Below, in pieces: positions 39,401-52,300 of a stretch of DNA of 64,000 bases. The DNA comes from Eledone cirrhosa (taxonomy: Eukaryota), in contig CAXHJY010000105.1 of the NCBI GenBank assembly GCA_964016885.1, forward strand, positions 124,001 through 188,000. Reading direction: 5' to 3'. Position numbers and translations under genes: made by a program. Each line of letters opens with the position of its first letter. Within the stretch, counting starts at the first letter, position 1. A model generated the notes under the pieces. It was not told where the DNA came from. It did no database searches and worked only from the letters and a program-made list of their open reading frames with translations.

Positions 39401-42400
39401 ATATAGTTAGGGTCACTGGTGTGTGTCTGTGTGTGGTGTGTATATAGTTAGGTTCACTGGTGTGTGTGTGACGTGTGTATATAGTTAGGTTCACTGGTGT
39501 GTGGTGTGTATATAGTTAGGTTCACTGGTGTGTGTGTGGTGTGTATTTAATTAGGTTCATTGGTATGTGTCTGTGTGTGGTGTGTATATAGTTAGGTTCA
39601 CTGGTCAGTGTGTGGTGTGTATATAGTGAGGTTCACTGGTGTGTGGTGTGTAGATAGTTAGGTTCACTGGTGTGTGTCTGTGTGTGGTGTGTATATAGTT
39701 AGGTTCACTGGTCAGTGTGTGGTGTGTATATAGTGAGGTTCACTGGTGTGTGGTGTGTAGATAGTTAGGTTCACTGGTGTGTGTCTGTGTGTGGTGTGTG
39801 TATAGTTAGGTTCACTGGTGTGCTTCTGTGTGTGGTGTGTATATAGTTAGGGTCACTGGTGTGTGTCTGTGTGGTGTGTATATAGTTAGGTTCACTGGTG
39901 TGTGTCTGTGTGTGGTGTGTATATAGTTAGGTTCACTGGTGTGTGTCTGTGTGTGGTGTGTATATAGTTAGGTTCACTGGTGTGTGTCTGTGTGTGGTGT
40001 GTATATAGTTAGGTTCACTGGTGTGTGTCTGTGTGGTGTGTATATAGTTAGGTTCACTGGTGTGTGTGTGGTGTGTATATAGTTAGGTTCACTGGTGTGT
40101 GTCTGTGTGTGGTGTGTATATAGTTAGGTTCACTGGTGTGTGTCTGTGTGTGGTGTGTATATAGTTAGGTTCACTGGTGTGTGTCTGTGTGTGGTGTGTA
40201 TATAGTTAGGTTCACTGGTGTGTGTCTGTGTGGTGTGTATATAGATAGGTTCACTGGTGTGTGTCTGTGTGTGGTGTGTAGATAGTTAGGTTCACTGGTG
40301 TGTGTCTGTGTGGTGTGTATATAGTTAGGTTCACTGGTGTGTGTCTGTGTGTGGTGTGTATATAGTTAGGTTCACTGGTGTGTGTCTGTGTGTGGTGTAT
40401 ATAAAGTTAGGTTCACTGGTGTGTGTCTGCGTGTGGTGTGTATATAGTTAGGTTCACTGGTGTGTGTCTGTGTGTGGTGTGTATATAGTTAGGTTCACTG
40501 GTGTGTGTCTGTGTGTGGTGTGTATATAGTTAGGTTCACTGGTGTCTGTCTGTGTGTGGTGTGTATATAGTTAGGTTCACTGATGTGTGTCTGTGTGTGG
40601 TGTGTAGATAGTTAGGTTCACTGGTGTGTGTCTGTGTGTGGTGTGTATATAGTTAGGTTCACTGGTGTGTGTGTGGTGTGTATATAGTTAGGTTCACTGG
40701 TGTGTCTCTGTGTGTGGTGTGTATATAGTTAGGTTCACTGGTGTGTGTGTGGTGTGTATATAGTGAGGTTCACTGGTGTGTGGTGTGTAGATAGTTAGGT
40801 TCACTGGTGTGTGTCTGTGTGTGGTGTGTATATAGTTAGGTTCACTGGTGTGTGTCTGTGTGTGGTGTGTATATAGTTAGGTTCACTGGTGTGTGTCTGT
40901 GTGTGGTGTGTATATAGTTAGGTTCACTGGTGTGTGTGTGTGTGGTGTGTATAATAGTTAGGTTCACTGGTGTGTGTCTGTGTGTGGTGTGTAGATAGTT
41001 AGCTTCACTGGTGTGTGTCTGTGTGTGGTGTGTATATAGTTAGGTTCACTGGTGTGTGTCTGTGTGTGGTGTGTAGATAGTTAGGTTCACTGGTGTGTGT
41101 CTGTGTGTGGTGTGTATATAGTTAGGTTCACTGGTGTGTGTGTGGTGTGTATATAGTTAGGTTCACTGATGTGTGTCTGTGTGTGGTTTGTAGATAGTTA
41201 GGTTCACTGGTGTGTGACTGTGTGTGGTGTGTAGATAGTTAGGTTCACTGGTGTGTGTCTGTGTGTGGTGTGTATATAGTTAGGTTCACTGGTGTGTGTC
41301 TGTGTGTGGTGTGTATATAGTTAGGTTCACTGGTGTGTGTGTGGTGTGTATATAGCTATGTTCACTGGTGTGTGTCTGTGTGTGGTGTGTATATAGTTAG
41401 GTTCACTGGTGTGTGTCTGTGTGGTGTGTATATAGTTAGGTTCACTGGTGTGTGTCTGTGTGTGGTGTGTATATAGTTAGGTTCACTGGTGTGTGTCTGT
41501 GTGGTGTGTATATAGTTAGGTTCACTGGTGTGTGTGTGGTGTGTATATAGTTAGGGTCACTGGTGTGTGTCTGTGTGTGGTGTGTAGATAGTTAGGTTCT
41601 CTGGTGTGTCTGTGTGTGGTGTGTATATAGTTAGGTTCACTGGTGTGTGTCTGTGTGTGGTGTGTAGATAGTTAGGTTCACTGGTGTGTGTGTGTGTGTG
41701 GTGTGTAGCTAGTTAGGTTCACTGGTGTGTGTCTGTGTGTGGTGTGTATATAGTTAGGTTCACTGGTGTGTGTGTGGTGTGTATATAGTTAGGTTCACTG
41801 GTGTGTGTCTGTGTGTGGTGTGTATATAGTTAGGTTCACTGGTGTGTGTCTGTGGTGTGTAGATAGTTACGTTCACTGGTGTGTGTCTGTGTGTGGTGTG
41901 TAGATAGTTAGGTTCACTGGTGTGTGTATGTGTGGTGTGTATATAGTTAGGTTCACTGGTGTGTGTGTGGTGTGCATATAGTTAGGTTCACTGGTGTGTG
42001 TCTGTGTGTGGTGTGTATATAGTTAGGTTCACTGGTGTGTGTCTGTGTGTGGTGTGTATATAGTTAGGTTCACTGGTGTGTGTCTGTGTGTGGTGTGTAT
42101 ATAGTTAGGTTCACTGGTGTGTGTCTGTGTGTGGTGTATAGATAGTTAAGTTCACTGGTGTGTGTCTGTGTGTGGTGTGTAGATAGTTAGGTTCACTGGT
42201 GTGTGTCTGTGTGGTGTGTATATAGTTAGGTTCACTGGTGTGTGTGTGGTGTGCATATAATTAGGTTCACTGGTGTGTGTCTGTGTGTGGTGTGTATATA
42301 GTTAGGTTCACTGGTGTGTGTCTGTGTGTGGTGTGTATATAGTTAGGTTCACTGGTGTGTGTCTGTGTGTGGTGTGTATATAGTTAGGTTCACTGGTGTG

Positions 42401-45400
42401 TGTCTGTGTGTGGTGTGTATATAGTTAAGTTCACTGGTGTGTGTCTGTGTGTGGTGTGTATATAGTTAGGTTCACTGGTGTGTGTCTGTGTGTGGTGTAT
42501 AGATAGTTAGGTTCACTTGTGTGTGTCTGTGTGTGGTGTGTAGATAGTTAGGTTCATTGCTGTGTGTCTGTGTGGTGTGTATATAGTTAGGTTCACTGGT
42601 GTGTGTGTGGTGTGCATATAGTTAGGTTCACTGGTGTGTGTCTGTGTGTGGTGTATATATAGTTAGGTTCACTGGTGTGTGTCTGTGTGTGGTGTGTATA
42701 TAGTTAGGTTCACTGGTGTGTGTCTGTGTGGTGTGTATATAGATAGGTTCACTGGTGTGTGTCTGTGTGTTGTGTGTAGATAGATAGGTTCACTGGTGTG
42801 TGTCTGTGTGTGGTGTGTATATAGTTAGGTTCACTGGTGTGTGTGGTGTGTATATAGTTAGGTTCACTGGTGTGTGTCTGTGTGTGGTGTGTATATAGTT
42901 AGGTTCACTGGTGTGTGTCTGTGTGTGGTGTGTATATAGTTAGGTTCACTGGTGTGTGTCTGTGTGTGGTGTGTATGTAGTTAGTTTCACTGGTGTGTGT
43001 CTGTGTGTGGTGTGTATATAGTTAGGTTCACTGGTGTGTGTGTGTGGTGTGCATATAGTTAGGTTCACTGGTGTGTGTCTGTGTGTGGTGTGTAGATAGT
43101 TAGGTTCACTGGTGTGTGTCTGTGTGTGGTGTGTATATAGTTAGGTTCACTGGTGTGTGTCTGTGTGGTGTGTATATAGTTAGGTTCACTGGTGTGTGTG
43201 TGGTGTGTATATAGTTAGGGTCACTGGTGTGTGTCTGTGTGTGGTGTGTAGATAGTTAGGTTCTCTGGTGTGTCTGTGTGTGGTGTGTATATAGTTAGGT
43301 TCACTGGTGTGTGTCTGTGTGTGGTGTGTAGATAGTTAGGTTCACTGGTGTGTGTGTGTGTGTGGTGTGTAGCTAGTTAGGTTCACTGGTGTGTGTCTGT
43401 GTGTGGTGTGTATATAGTTAGGTTCACTGGTGTGTGTGTGGTGTGTATATAGTTAGGTTCACTGGTGTGTGTCTGTGTGTGGTGTGTATATAGTTAGGTT
43501 CACTGGTGTGTGTCTGTGGTGTGTAGATAGTTACGTTCACTGGTGTGTGTCTGTGTGTGGTGTGTAGATAGTTAGGTTCACTGGTGTGTGTATGTGTGGT
43601 GTGTATATAGTTAGGTTCACTGGTGTGTGTGTGGTGTGCATATAGTTAGGTTCACTGGTGTGTGTCTGTGTGTGGTGTGTATATAGTTAGGTTCACTGGT
43701 GTGTGTCTGTGTGTGGTGTGTATATAGTTAGGTTCACTGGTGTGTGTCTGTGTGTGGTGTGTATATAGTTAGGTTCACTGGTGTGTGTCTGTGTGTGGTG
43801 TATAGATAGTTAAGTTCACTGGTGTGTGTCTGTGTGTGGTGTGTAGATAGTTAGGTTCACTGGTGTGTGTCTGTGTGGTGTGTATATAGTTAGGTTCACT
43901 GGTGTGTGTGTGGTGTGCATATAATTAGGTTCACTGGTGTGTGTCTGTGTGTGGTGTGTATATAGTTAGGTTCACTGGTGTGTGTCTGTGTGTGGTGTGT
44001 ATATAGTTAGGTTCACTGGTGTGTGTCTGTGTGTGGTGTGTATATAGTTAGGTTCACTGGTGTGTGTCTGTGTGTGGTGTGTATATAGTTAAGTTCACTG
44101 GTGTGTGTCTGTGTGTGGTGTGTATATAGTTAGGTTCACTGGTGTGTGTCTGTGTGTGGTGTATAGATAGTTAGGTTCACTTGTGTGTGTCTGTGTGTGG
44201 TGTGTAGATAGTTAGGTTCATTGCTGTGTGTCTGTGTGGTGTGTATATAGTTAGGTTCACTGGTGTGTGTGTGGTGTGCATATAGTTAGGTTCACTGGTG
44301 TGTGTCTGTGTGTGGTGTATATATAGTTAGGTTCACTGGTGTGTGTCTGTGTGTGGTGTGTATATAGTTAGGTTCACTGGTGTGTGTCTGTGTGGTGTGT
44401 ATATAGATAGGTTCACTGGTGTGTGTCTGTGTGTTGTGTGTAGATAGATAGGTTCACTGGTGTGTGTCTGTGTGTGGTGTGTATATAGTTAGGTTCACTG
44501 GTGTGTGTGGTGTGTATATAGTTAGGTTCACTGGTGTGTGTCTGTGTGTGGTGTGTATATAGTTAGGTTCACTGGTGTGTGTCTGTGTGTGGTGTGTATA
44601 TAGTTAGGTTCACTGGTGTGTGTCTGTGTGTGGTGTGTATGTAGTTAGGTTCACTGGTGTGTGTCTGTGTGTGGTGTGTATATAGTTAGGTTCACTGGTG
44701 TGTGTGTGTGGTGTGCATATAGTTAGGTTCACTGGTGTGTGTCTGTGTGTGGTGTGTAGATAGTTAGGTTCACTGGTGTGTGTCTGTGTGTGGTGTGTAG
44801 ATAGTTAGGTTCACTGGTGTGTGTGTGGTGTGTATATAGTTAGGTTCACTGATGTGTGTCTGTGTGTGGTGTGTAGATAGTTAGGTTCACTGGTATGTGT
44901 CTGTGTGTGGTGTGTAGATAGTTAGGTTCACTGGTGTGTGTCTGTGTGTGGTGTGTATATAGTTAGGTTCACTGGTGTGTGTGTGGTGTGTATATAGTTA
45001 GGTTCACTGGTGTGTGTCTGTGTGTGGTGTGTATATAGTTAGGTTCACTGGTGTGTGTGGTGTGTATATAGTTAGGTTCACTGGTATGTGTCTGTGTGTG
45101 GTGTGTATATAGTTAGGTTCACTGGTGTGTGTCTGTGTGTGGTGTGTATATAGTTAGGTTCACTGATGTGTCTCTGTGTGTGGTGTGTATATAGTTAGGG
45201 TCACTGGTGTGTGTCTGTGTGTGGTGTGTATATAGTTAGGTTCACTGGTGTGTGTGTGACGTGTGTATATAGTTAGGTTCACTGGTGTGTGGTGTGTATA
45301 TAGTTAGGTTCACTGGTGTGTGTGTGGTGTGTATTTAATTAGGTTCATTGGTATGTGTCTGTGTGTGGTGTGTATATAGTTAGGTTCACTGGTCAGTGTG

Positions 45401-46365
45401 TGGTGTGTATATAGTGAGGTTCACTGGTGTGTGGTGTGTAGATAGTTAGGTTCACTGGTGTGTGTCTGTGTGTGGTGTGTATATAGTTAGGTTCACTGGT
45501 CAGTGTGTGGTGTGTATATAGTGAGGTTCACTGGTGTGTGGTGTGTAGATAGTTAGGTTCACTGGTGTGTGTCTGTGTGTGGTGTGTGTATAGTTAGGTT
45601 CACTGGTGTGCTTCTGTGTGTGGTGTGTATATAGTTAGGGTCACTGGTGTGTGTCTGTGTGGTGTGTATATAGTTAGGTTCACTGGTGTGTGTCTGTGTG
45701 TGGTGTGTATATAGTTAGGTTCACTGGTGTGTGTCTGTGTGTGGTGTGTATATAGTTAGGTTCACTGGTGTGTGTCTGTGTGTGGTGTGTATATAGTTAG
45801 GTTCACTGGTGTGTGTCTGTGTGGTGTGTATATAGTTAGGTTCACTGGTGTGTGTGTGGTGTGTATATAGTTAGGTTCACTGGTGTGTGTCTGTGTGTGG
45901 TGTGTATATAGTTAGGTTCACTGGTGTGTGTCTGTGTGTGGTGTGTATATAGTTAGGTTCACTGGTGTGTGTCTGTGTGTGGTGTGTATATAGTTAGGTT
46001 CACTGGTGTGTGTCTGTGTGGTGTGTATATAGATAGGTTCACTGGTGTGTGTCTGTGTGTGGTGTGTAGATAGTTAGGTTCACTGGTGTGTGTCTGTGTG
46101 GTGTGTATATAGTTAGGTTCACTGGTGTGTGTCTGTGTGTGGTGTGTATATAGTTAGGTTCACTGGTGTGTGTCTGTGTGTGGTGTATATAAAGTTAGGT
46201 TCACTGGTGTGTGTCTGCGTGTGGTGTGTATATAGTTAGGTTCACTGGTGTGTGTCTGTGTGTGGTGTGTATATAGTTAGGTTCACTGGTGTGTGTCTGT
46301 GTGTGGTGTGTATATAGTTAGGTTCACTGGTGTCTGTCTGTGTGTGGTGTGTATATAGTTAGGTT
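36454..46365 (+). repeat. 4124-bp tandem duplication whose second copy contains an internal 1664-bp tandem duplication (about 41443-43106 / 43107-44770)
   Basis: Offset 4124: CACTGAT 36454/40578, 40-mer 36801/40925, the C of TTACGTT 37746/41870. Offset 1664: 41870/43534. The downstream offset is 5788 = 4124+1664 (GACGTG 39471/45259). Confidence 0.87.
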
Positions 46366-49300
46366 CACTGGTGTCTGTCTGTGTGTGGTGTGTATATTGT
46401 TAGGTTCACTGGTGTGTGTGTGTGGTGTGTATATAGTTAGGTTCACTGGTGTGTGTCTGTGTGTGGTGTGTAGATAGTTAGGTTCAATGGTGTGTGTCTG
46501 TGTGTGGTGTGTATATAGTTAGGTTCACTGCTGTGTGTCTGTGTGTGGTGTGTAGATAGTTAGGTTCACTGGTGTGTGTCTGTGTGTGGTGTGTATATAG
46601 TTAGGTTCACTGGTGTGTGTGTGGTGTGTATATAGTTAGGTTCACTGATGTGTGTCTGTGTGTGGTGTGTAGATAGTTAGGTTCACTGGTGTGTGTCTGT
46701 GTGTGGTGTGTATATAGTTAGGTTCACTGGTGTGTGTGTGGTGTGTATATAGTTAGGTTCACTGGTGTGTCTCTGTGTGTGGTGTGTATATAGTTAGGTT
46801 CACTGGTGTGTGTGTGGTGTGTATATAGTGAGGTTCACTGGTGTGTGGTGTGTAGATAGTTAGGTTCACTGGTGTGTGTCTGTGTGTGGTGTGTATATAG
46901 TTAGGTTCACTGGTGTGTGTCTGTGTGTGGTGTGTATATAGTTAGGTTCATTGGTGTGTCTCTGTGTGTGGTGTGTATATAGTTAGGTTCACTGGTGTGT
47001 GTCTGTGTGGTGTGTGGATAGTTAGGTTCACTGGTGTGTGTCTGTGTGGTGTGTAGATAGTTAGGTTCACTGGTGTGTGTCTGTGTGGTGTGCAGATAGT
47101 TAGGTTCACTGGTGTGTGTCTGTGTCGGGTGTAGATAGTTAGGTTCACTGGTGTATGTCTGTGTGGTGTGTAGATAGTTAGGCTCACTGGTGTGTGTCTG
47201 TGTGTGGTGTGTATATAGTTACGTTCACTGGTGTGTGTCTGTGTGGTGTGTATATAGTTAGGTTCACTGGTGTGTGTCTGTGTGTGGTGTGTATATAGTT
47301 AGGTTCACTGGTGTGTGTCTGGGTGTGGTGTGTATATAGTTAAGTTCACTGGTGTGTGTCTGTGTGTGGTGTGTAGATAGTTAGGTTCACTGGTGTGTGT
47401 CTGTGTGTGGTGTGTATATAGTTAAGTTCACTGGTGTGTGTCTGTGTGTGGTGTGTATATAGTTAGGTTCACTGGTGTGTGTGTGGTGTGCATATAGTTA
47501 GGTTCACTGGTGTGTGTCTGTGTGTGGTGTGTATATAGTTAGGTTCACTGGTGTGTGTCTGTGTGTGGTGTGTATATAGTTAGGTTCACTGGTGTGTGTC
47601 TGTGTGTGGTGTGTATATAGTTAGGTTCACTGGTGTGTGTCTGTGTGTGGTGTGTATATAGTTAGGTTCACTGATGTGTGTCTGTGTGTGGTATATAGAT
47701 AGTTAGGTTCACTGGTGTGTGTCTGTGTGTGGTGTGTAGATAGTTAGGTTCACTGGTGTGTGTCTGTGTGGTGTGTATATAGTTAGGTTCACTGGTGTGT
47801 GTGTGGTGTGCATATAGTTATGTTCACTGGTGTGTGTCTGTGTGTGGTGTGTATATAGTTAGGTTCACTGGTGTGTGTCTGTGTGTGGTGTGTATATAGT
47901 TAGGTTCACTGGTGTGTGTCTGTGTGTGGTGTGTATATAGTTAGGTTCACTGGTGTGTGTCTGTGTGGTGTGTATATAGATAGGTTCACTGGTGTGTGTC
48001 TGTGTGTGGTGTGTAGATAGTTAGGTTCACTGGTGTGTGTCTGTGTGGTGTGTATATAGTTAGGTTCACTTGTGTGTGTCTGTGTGTGGTGTGTAGATAG
48101 TTAGGTTCACTGGTGTGTGTCTGTGTGTGGTGTGTATATAGTTAGGTTCACTAGTGTGTGTCTGTGTGTGGTGTGTATATAGTTAGGTTCACTGGTGTGT
48201 GTCTGTGTGTGGTGTGTATATAGTTAGGTTCACTGGTGTGTGTCTGTGTGTGGTGTGTATATAGTTAGGTTCACTGGTGTGTGTCTGTGTGTGGTGTGTA
48301 CGTAGTTAGGTTCACTGGTGTGTGTCTGTGTGTGGTGTGTATATAGTTAGGTTCACTGGTGTGTGTCTGTGTGTGGTGTGTAGATAGTTAGGTTCACTGG
48401 TGTGTGTCTGTGTGTGGTGTGTATATAGTTAGGTTCACTGGTGTGTGTGTGGTGTGTATATAGCTAGGTTCACTGGTGTGTGTCTGTGTGTGGTGTGTAT
48501 ATAGTTAGGTTCACTGGTGTGTGTCTGTGTGGTGTGTATATAGTTAGGTTCACTGGTGTGTGTCTGTGTGTGGTGTGTATATAGTTAGGTTCACTGGTGT
48601 GTGTCTGTGTGGTGTGTATATAGTTAGGTTCACTGGTGTGTGTGTGGTGTGTATATAGTTAGGGTCACTGGTGTGTGTCTGTGTGTGGTGTGTATATAGT
48701 TAGGTTCACTGGTGTGTGTCTGTGTGTGGTGTGTAGATAGTTAGGTTCTCTGGTGTGTCTGTGTGTGGTGTGTATATAGTTAGGTTCACTGGTGTGTGTC
48801 TGTGTGGTGTGTATATAGATAGGTTCACTGGTGTGTGTCTGTGTGTGGTGTGTAGATAGTTAGGTTCACTGGTGTGTGTCTGTGTGGTGTGTATATAGTT
48901 AGGTTCACTGGTGTGTGTCTGTGTGTGGTGTGTATATAGTTAGGTTCACTGGTGTGTGTCTGTGTGTGGTGTATATAAAGTTAGGTTCACTGGTGTGTGT
49001 CTGCGTGTGGTGTGTATATAGTTAGGTTCACTGGTGTGTGTCTGTGTGTGGTGTGTATGTAGTTAGGTTCACTGGTGTGTGTCTGTGTGTGGTGTGTATA
49101 TAGTTAGGTTCACTGGTGTCTGTCTGTGTGTGGTGTGTATATAGTTAGGTTCACTGATGTGTGTCTGTGTGTGGTGTGTAGATAGTTAGGTTCACTGGTG
49201 TGTGTCTGTGTGTGGTGTGTATATAGTTAGGTTCACTGGTGTGTGTGTGGTGTGTATATAGTTAGGTTCACTGGTGTGTCTCTGTGTGTGGTGTGTATAT

Positions 49301-52300
49301 AGTTAGGTTCACTGGTGTGTGTGTGGTGTGTATATAGTGAGGTTCACTGGTGTGTGGTGTGTAGATAGTTAGGTTCACTGGTGTGTGTCTGTGTGTGGTG
49401 TGTATATAGTTAGGTTCACTGGTGTGTGTCTGTGTGTGGTGTGTATATAGTTAGGTTCACTGGTGTGTGTCTGTGTGTGGTGTGTATATAGTTAGGTTCA
49501 CTGGTGTGTGTGTGTGTGGTGTGTATAATAGTTAGGTTCACTGGTGTGTGTCTGTGTGTGGTGTGTAGATAGTTAGCTTCACTGGTGTGTGTCTGTGTGT
49601 GGTGTGTATATAGTTAGGTTCACTGGTGTGTGTCTGTGTGTGGTGTGTAGATAGTTAGGTTCACTGGTGTGTGTCTGTGTGTGGTGTGTATATAGTTAGG
49701 TTCACTGGTGTGTGTGTGGTGTGTATATAGTTAGGTTCACTGATGTGTGTCTGTGTGTGGTTTGTAGATAGTTAGGTTCACTGGTGTGTGACTGTGTGTG
49801 GTGTGTAGATAGTTAGGTTCACTGGTGTGTGTCTGTGTGTGGTGTGTATATAGTTAGGTTCACTGGTGTGTGTCTGTGTGTGGTGTGTATATAGTTAGGT
49901 TCACTGGTGTGTGTGTGGTGTGTATATAGCTATGTTCACTGGTGTGTGTCTGTGTGTGGTGTGTATATAGTTAGGTTCACTGGTGTGTGTCTGTGTGGTG
50001 TGTATATAGTTAGGTTCACTGGTGTGTGTCTGTGTGTGGTGTGTATATAGTTAGGTTCACTGGTGTGTGTCTGTGTGGTGTGTATATAGTTAGGTTCACT
50101 GGTGTGTGTGTGGTGTGTATATAGTTAGGGTCACTGGTGTGTGTCTGTGTGTGGTGTGTAGATAGTTAGGTTCTCTGGTGTGTCTGTGTGTGGTGTGTAT
50201 ATAGTTAGGTTCACTGGTGTGTGTCTGTGTGTGGTGTGTAGATAGTTAGGTTCACTGGTGTGTGTGTGTGTGTGGTGTGTAGCTAGTTAGGTTCACTGGT
50301 GTGTGTCTGTGTGTGGTGTGTATATAGTTAGGTTCACTGGTGTGTGTGTGGTGTGTATATAGTTAGGTTCACTGGTGTGTGTCTGTGTGTGGTGTGTATA
50401 TAGTTAGGTTCACTGGTGTGTGTCTGTGGTGTGTAGATAGTTACGTTCACTGGTGTGTGTCTGTGTGTGGTGTGTAGATAGTTAGGTTCACTGGTGTGTG
50501 TATGTGTGGTGTGTATATAGTTAGGTTCACTGGTGTGTGTGTGGTGTGCATATAGTTAGGTTCACTGGTGTGTGTCTGTGTGTGGTGTGTATATAGTTAG
50601 GTTCACTGGTGTGTGTCTGTGTGTGGTGTGTATATAGTTAGGTTCACTGGTGTGTGTCTGTGTGTGGTGTGTATATAGTTAGGTTCACTGGTGTGTGTCT
50701 GTGTGTGGTGTATAGATAGTTAAGTTCACTGGTGTGTGTCTGTGTGTGGTGTGTAGATAGTTAGGTTCACTGGTGTGTGTATGTGTGGTGTGTATATAGT
50801 TAGGTTCACTGGTGTGTGTGTGGTGTGCATATAGTTAGGTTCACTGGTGTGTGTCTGTGTGTGGTGTGTATATAGTTAGGTTCACTGGTGTGTGTGTGTG
50901 TGGTGTGTATAATAGTTAGGTTCACTGGTGTGTGTCTGTGTGTGGTGTGTAGATAGTTAGCTTCACTGGTGTGTGTCTGTGTGTGGTGTGTATATAGTTA
51001 GGTTCACTGGTGTGTGTCTGTGTGTGGTGTGTAGATAGTTAGGTTCACTGGTGTGTGTCTGTGTGTGGTGTGTATATAGTTAGGTTCACTGGTGTGTGTG
51101 TGGTGTGTATATAGTTAGGTTCACTGATGTGTGTCTGTGTGTGGTTTGTAGATAGTTAGGTTCACTGGTGTGTGACTGTGTGTGGTGTGTAGATAGTTAG
51201 GTTCACTGGTGTGTGTCTGTGTGTGGTGTGTATATAGTTAGGTTCACTGGTGTGTGTCTGTGTGTGGTGTGTATATAGTTAGGTTCACTGGTGTGTGTGT
51301 GGTGTGTATATAGCTATGTTCACTGGTGTGTGTCTGTGTGTGGTGTGTATATAGTTAGGTTCACTGGTGTGTGTCTGTGTGGTGTGTATATAGTTAGGTT
51401 CACTGGTGTGTGTCTGTGTGTGGTGTGTATATAGTTAGGTTCACTGGTGTGTGTCTGTGTGGTGTGTATATAGTTAGGTTCACTGGTGTGTGTGTGGTGT
51501 GTATATAGTTAGGGTCACTGGTGTGTGTCTGTGTGTGGTGTGTAGATAGTTAGGTTCTCTGGTGTGTCTGTGTGTGGTGTGTATATAGTTAGGTTCACTG
51601 GTGTGTGTCTGTGTGTGGTGTGTAGATAGTTAGGTTCACTGGTGTGTGTGTGTGTGTGGTGTGTAGCTAGTTAGGTTCACTGGTGTGTGTCTGTGTGTGG
51701 TGTGTATATAGTTAGGTTCACTGGTGTGTGTGTGGTGTGTATATAGTTAGGTTCACTGGTGTGTGTCTGTGTGTGGTGTGTATATAGTTAGGTTCACTGG
51801 TGTGTGTCTGTGGTGTGTAGATAGTTACGTTCACTGGTGTGTGTCTGTGTGTGGTGTGTAGATAGTTAGGTTCACTGGTGTGTGTATGTGTGGTGTGTAT
51901 ATAGTTAGGTTCACTGGTGTGTGTGTGGTGTGCATATAGTTAGGTTCACTGGTGTGTGTCTGTGTGTGGTGTGTATATAGTTAGGTTCACTGGTGTGTGT
52001 CTGTGTGTGGTGTGTATATAGTTAGGTTCACTGGTGTGTGTCTGTGTGTGGTGTGTATATAGTTAGGTTCACTGGTGTGTGTCTGTGTGTGGTGTATAGA
52101 TAGTTAAGTTCACTGGTGTGTGTCTGTGTGTGGTGTGTAGATAGTTAGGTTCACTGGTGTGTGTCTGTGTGGTGTGTATATAGTTAGGTTCACTGGTGTG
52201 TGTGTGGTGTGCATATAATTAGGTTCACTGGTGTGTGTCTGTGTGTGGTGTGTATATAGTTAGGTTCACTGGTGTGTGTCTGTGTGTGGTGTGTATATAG

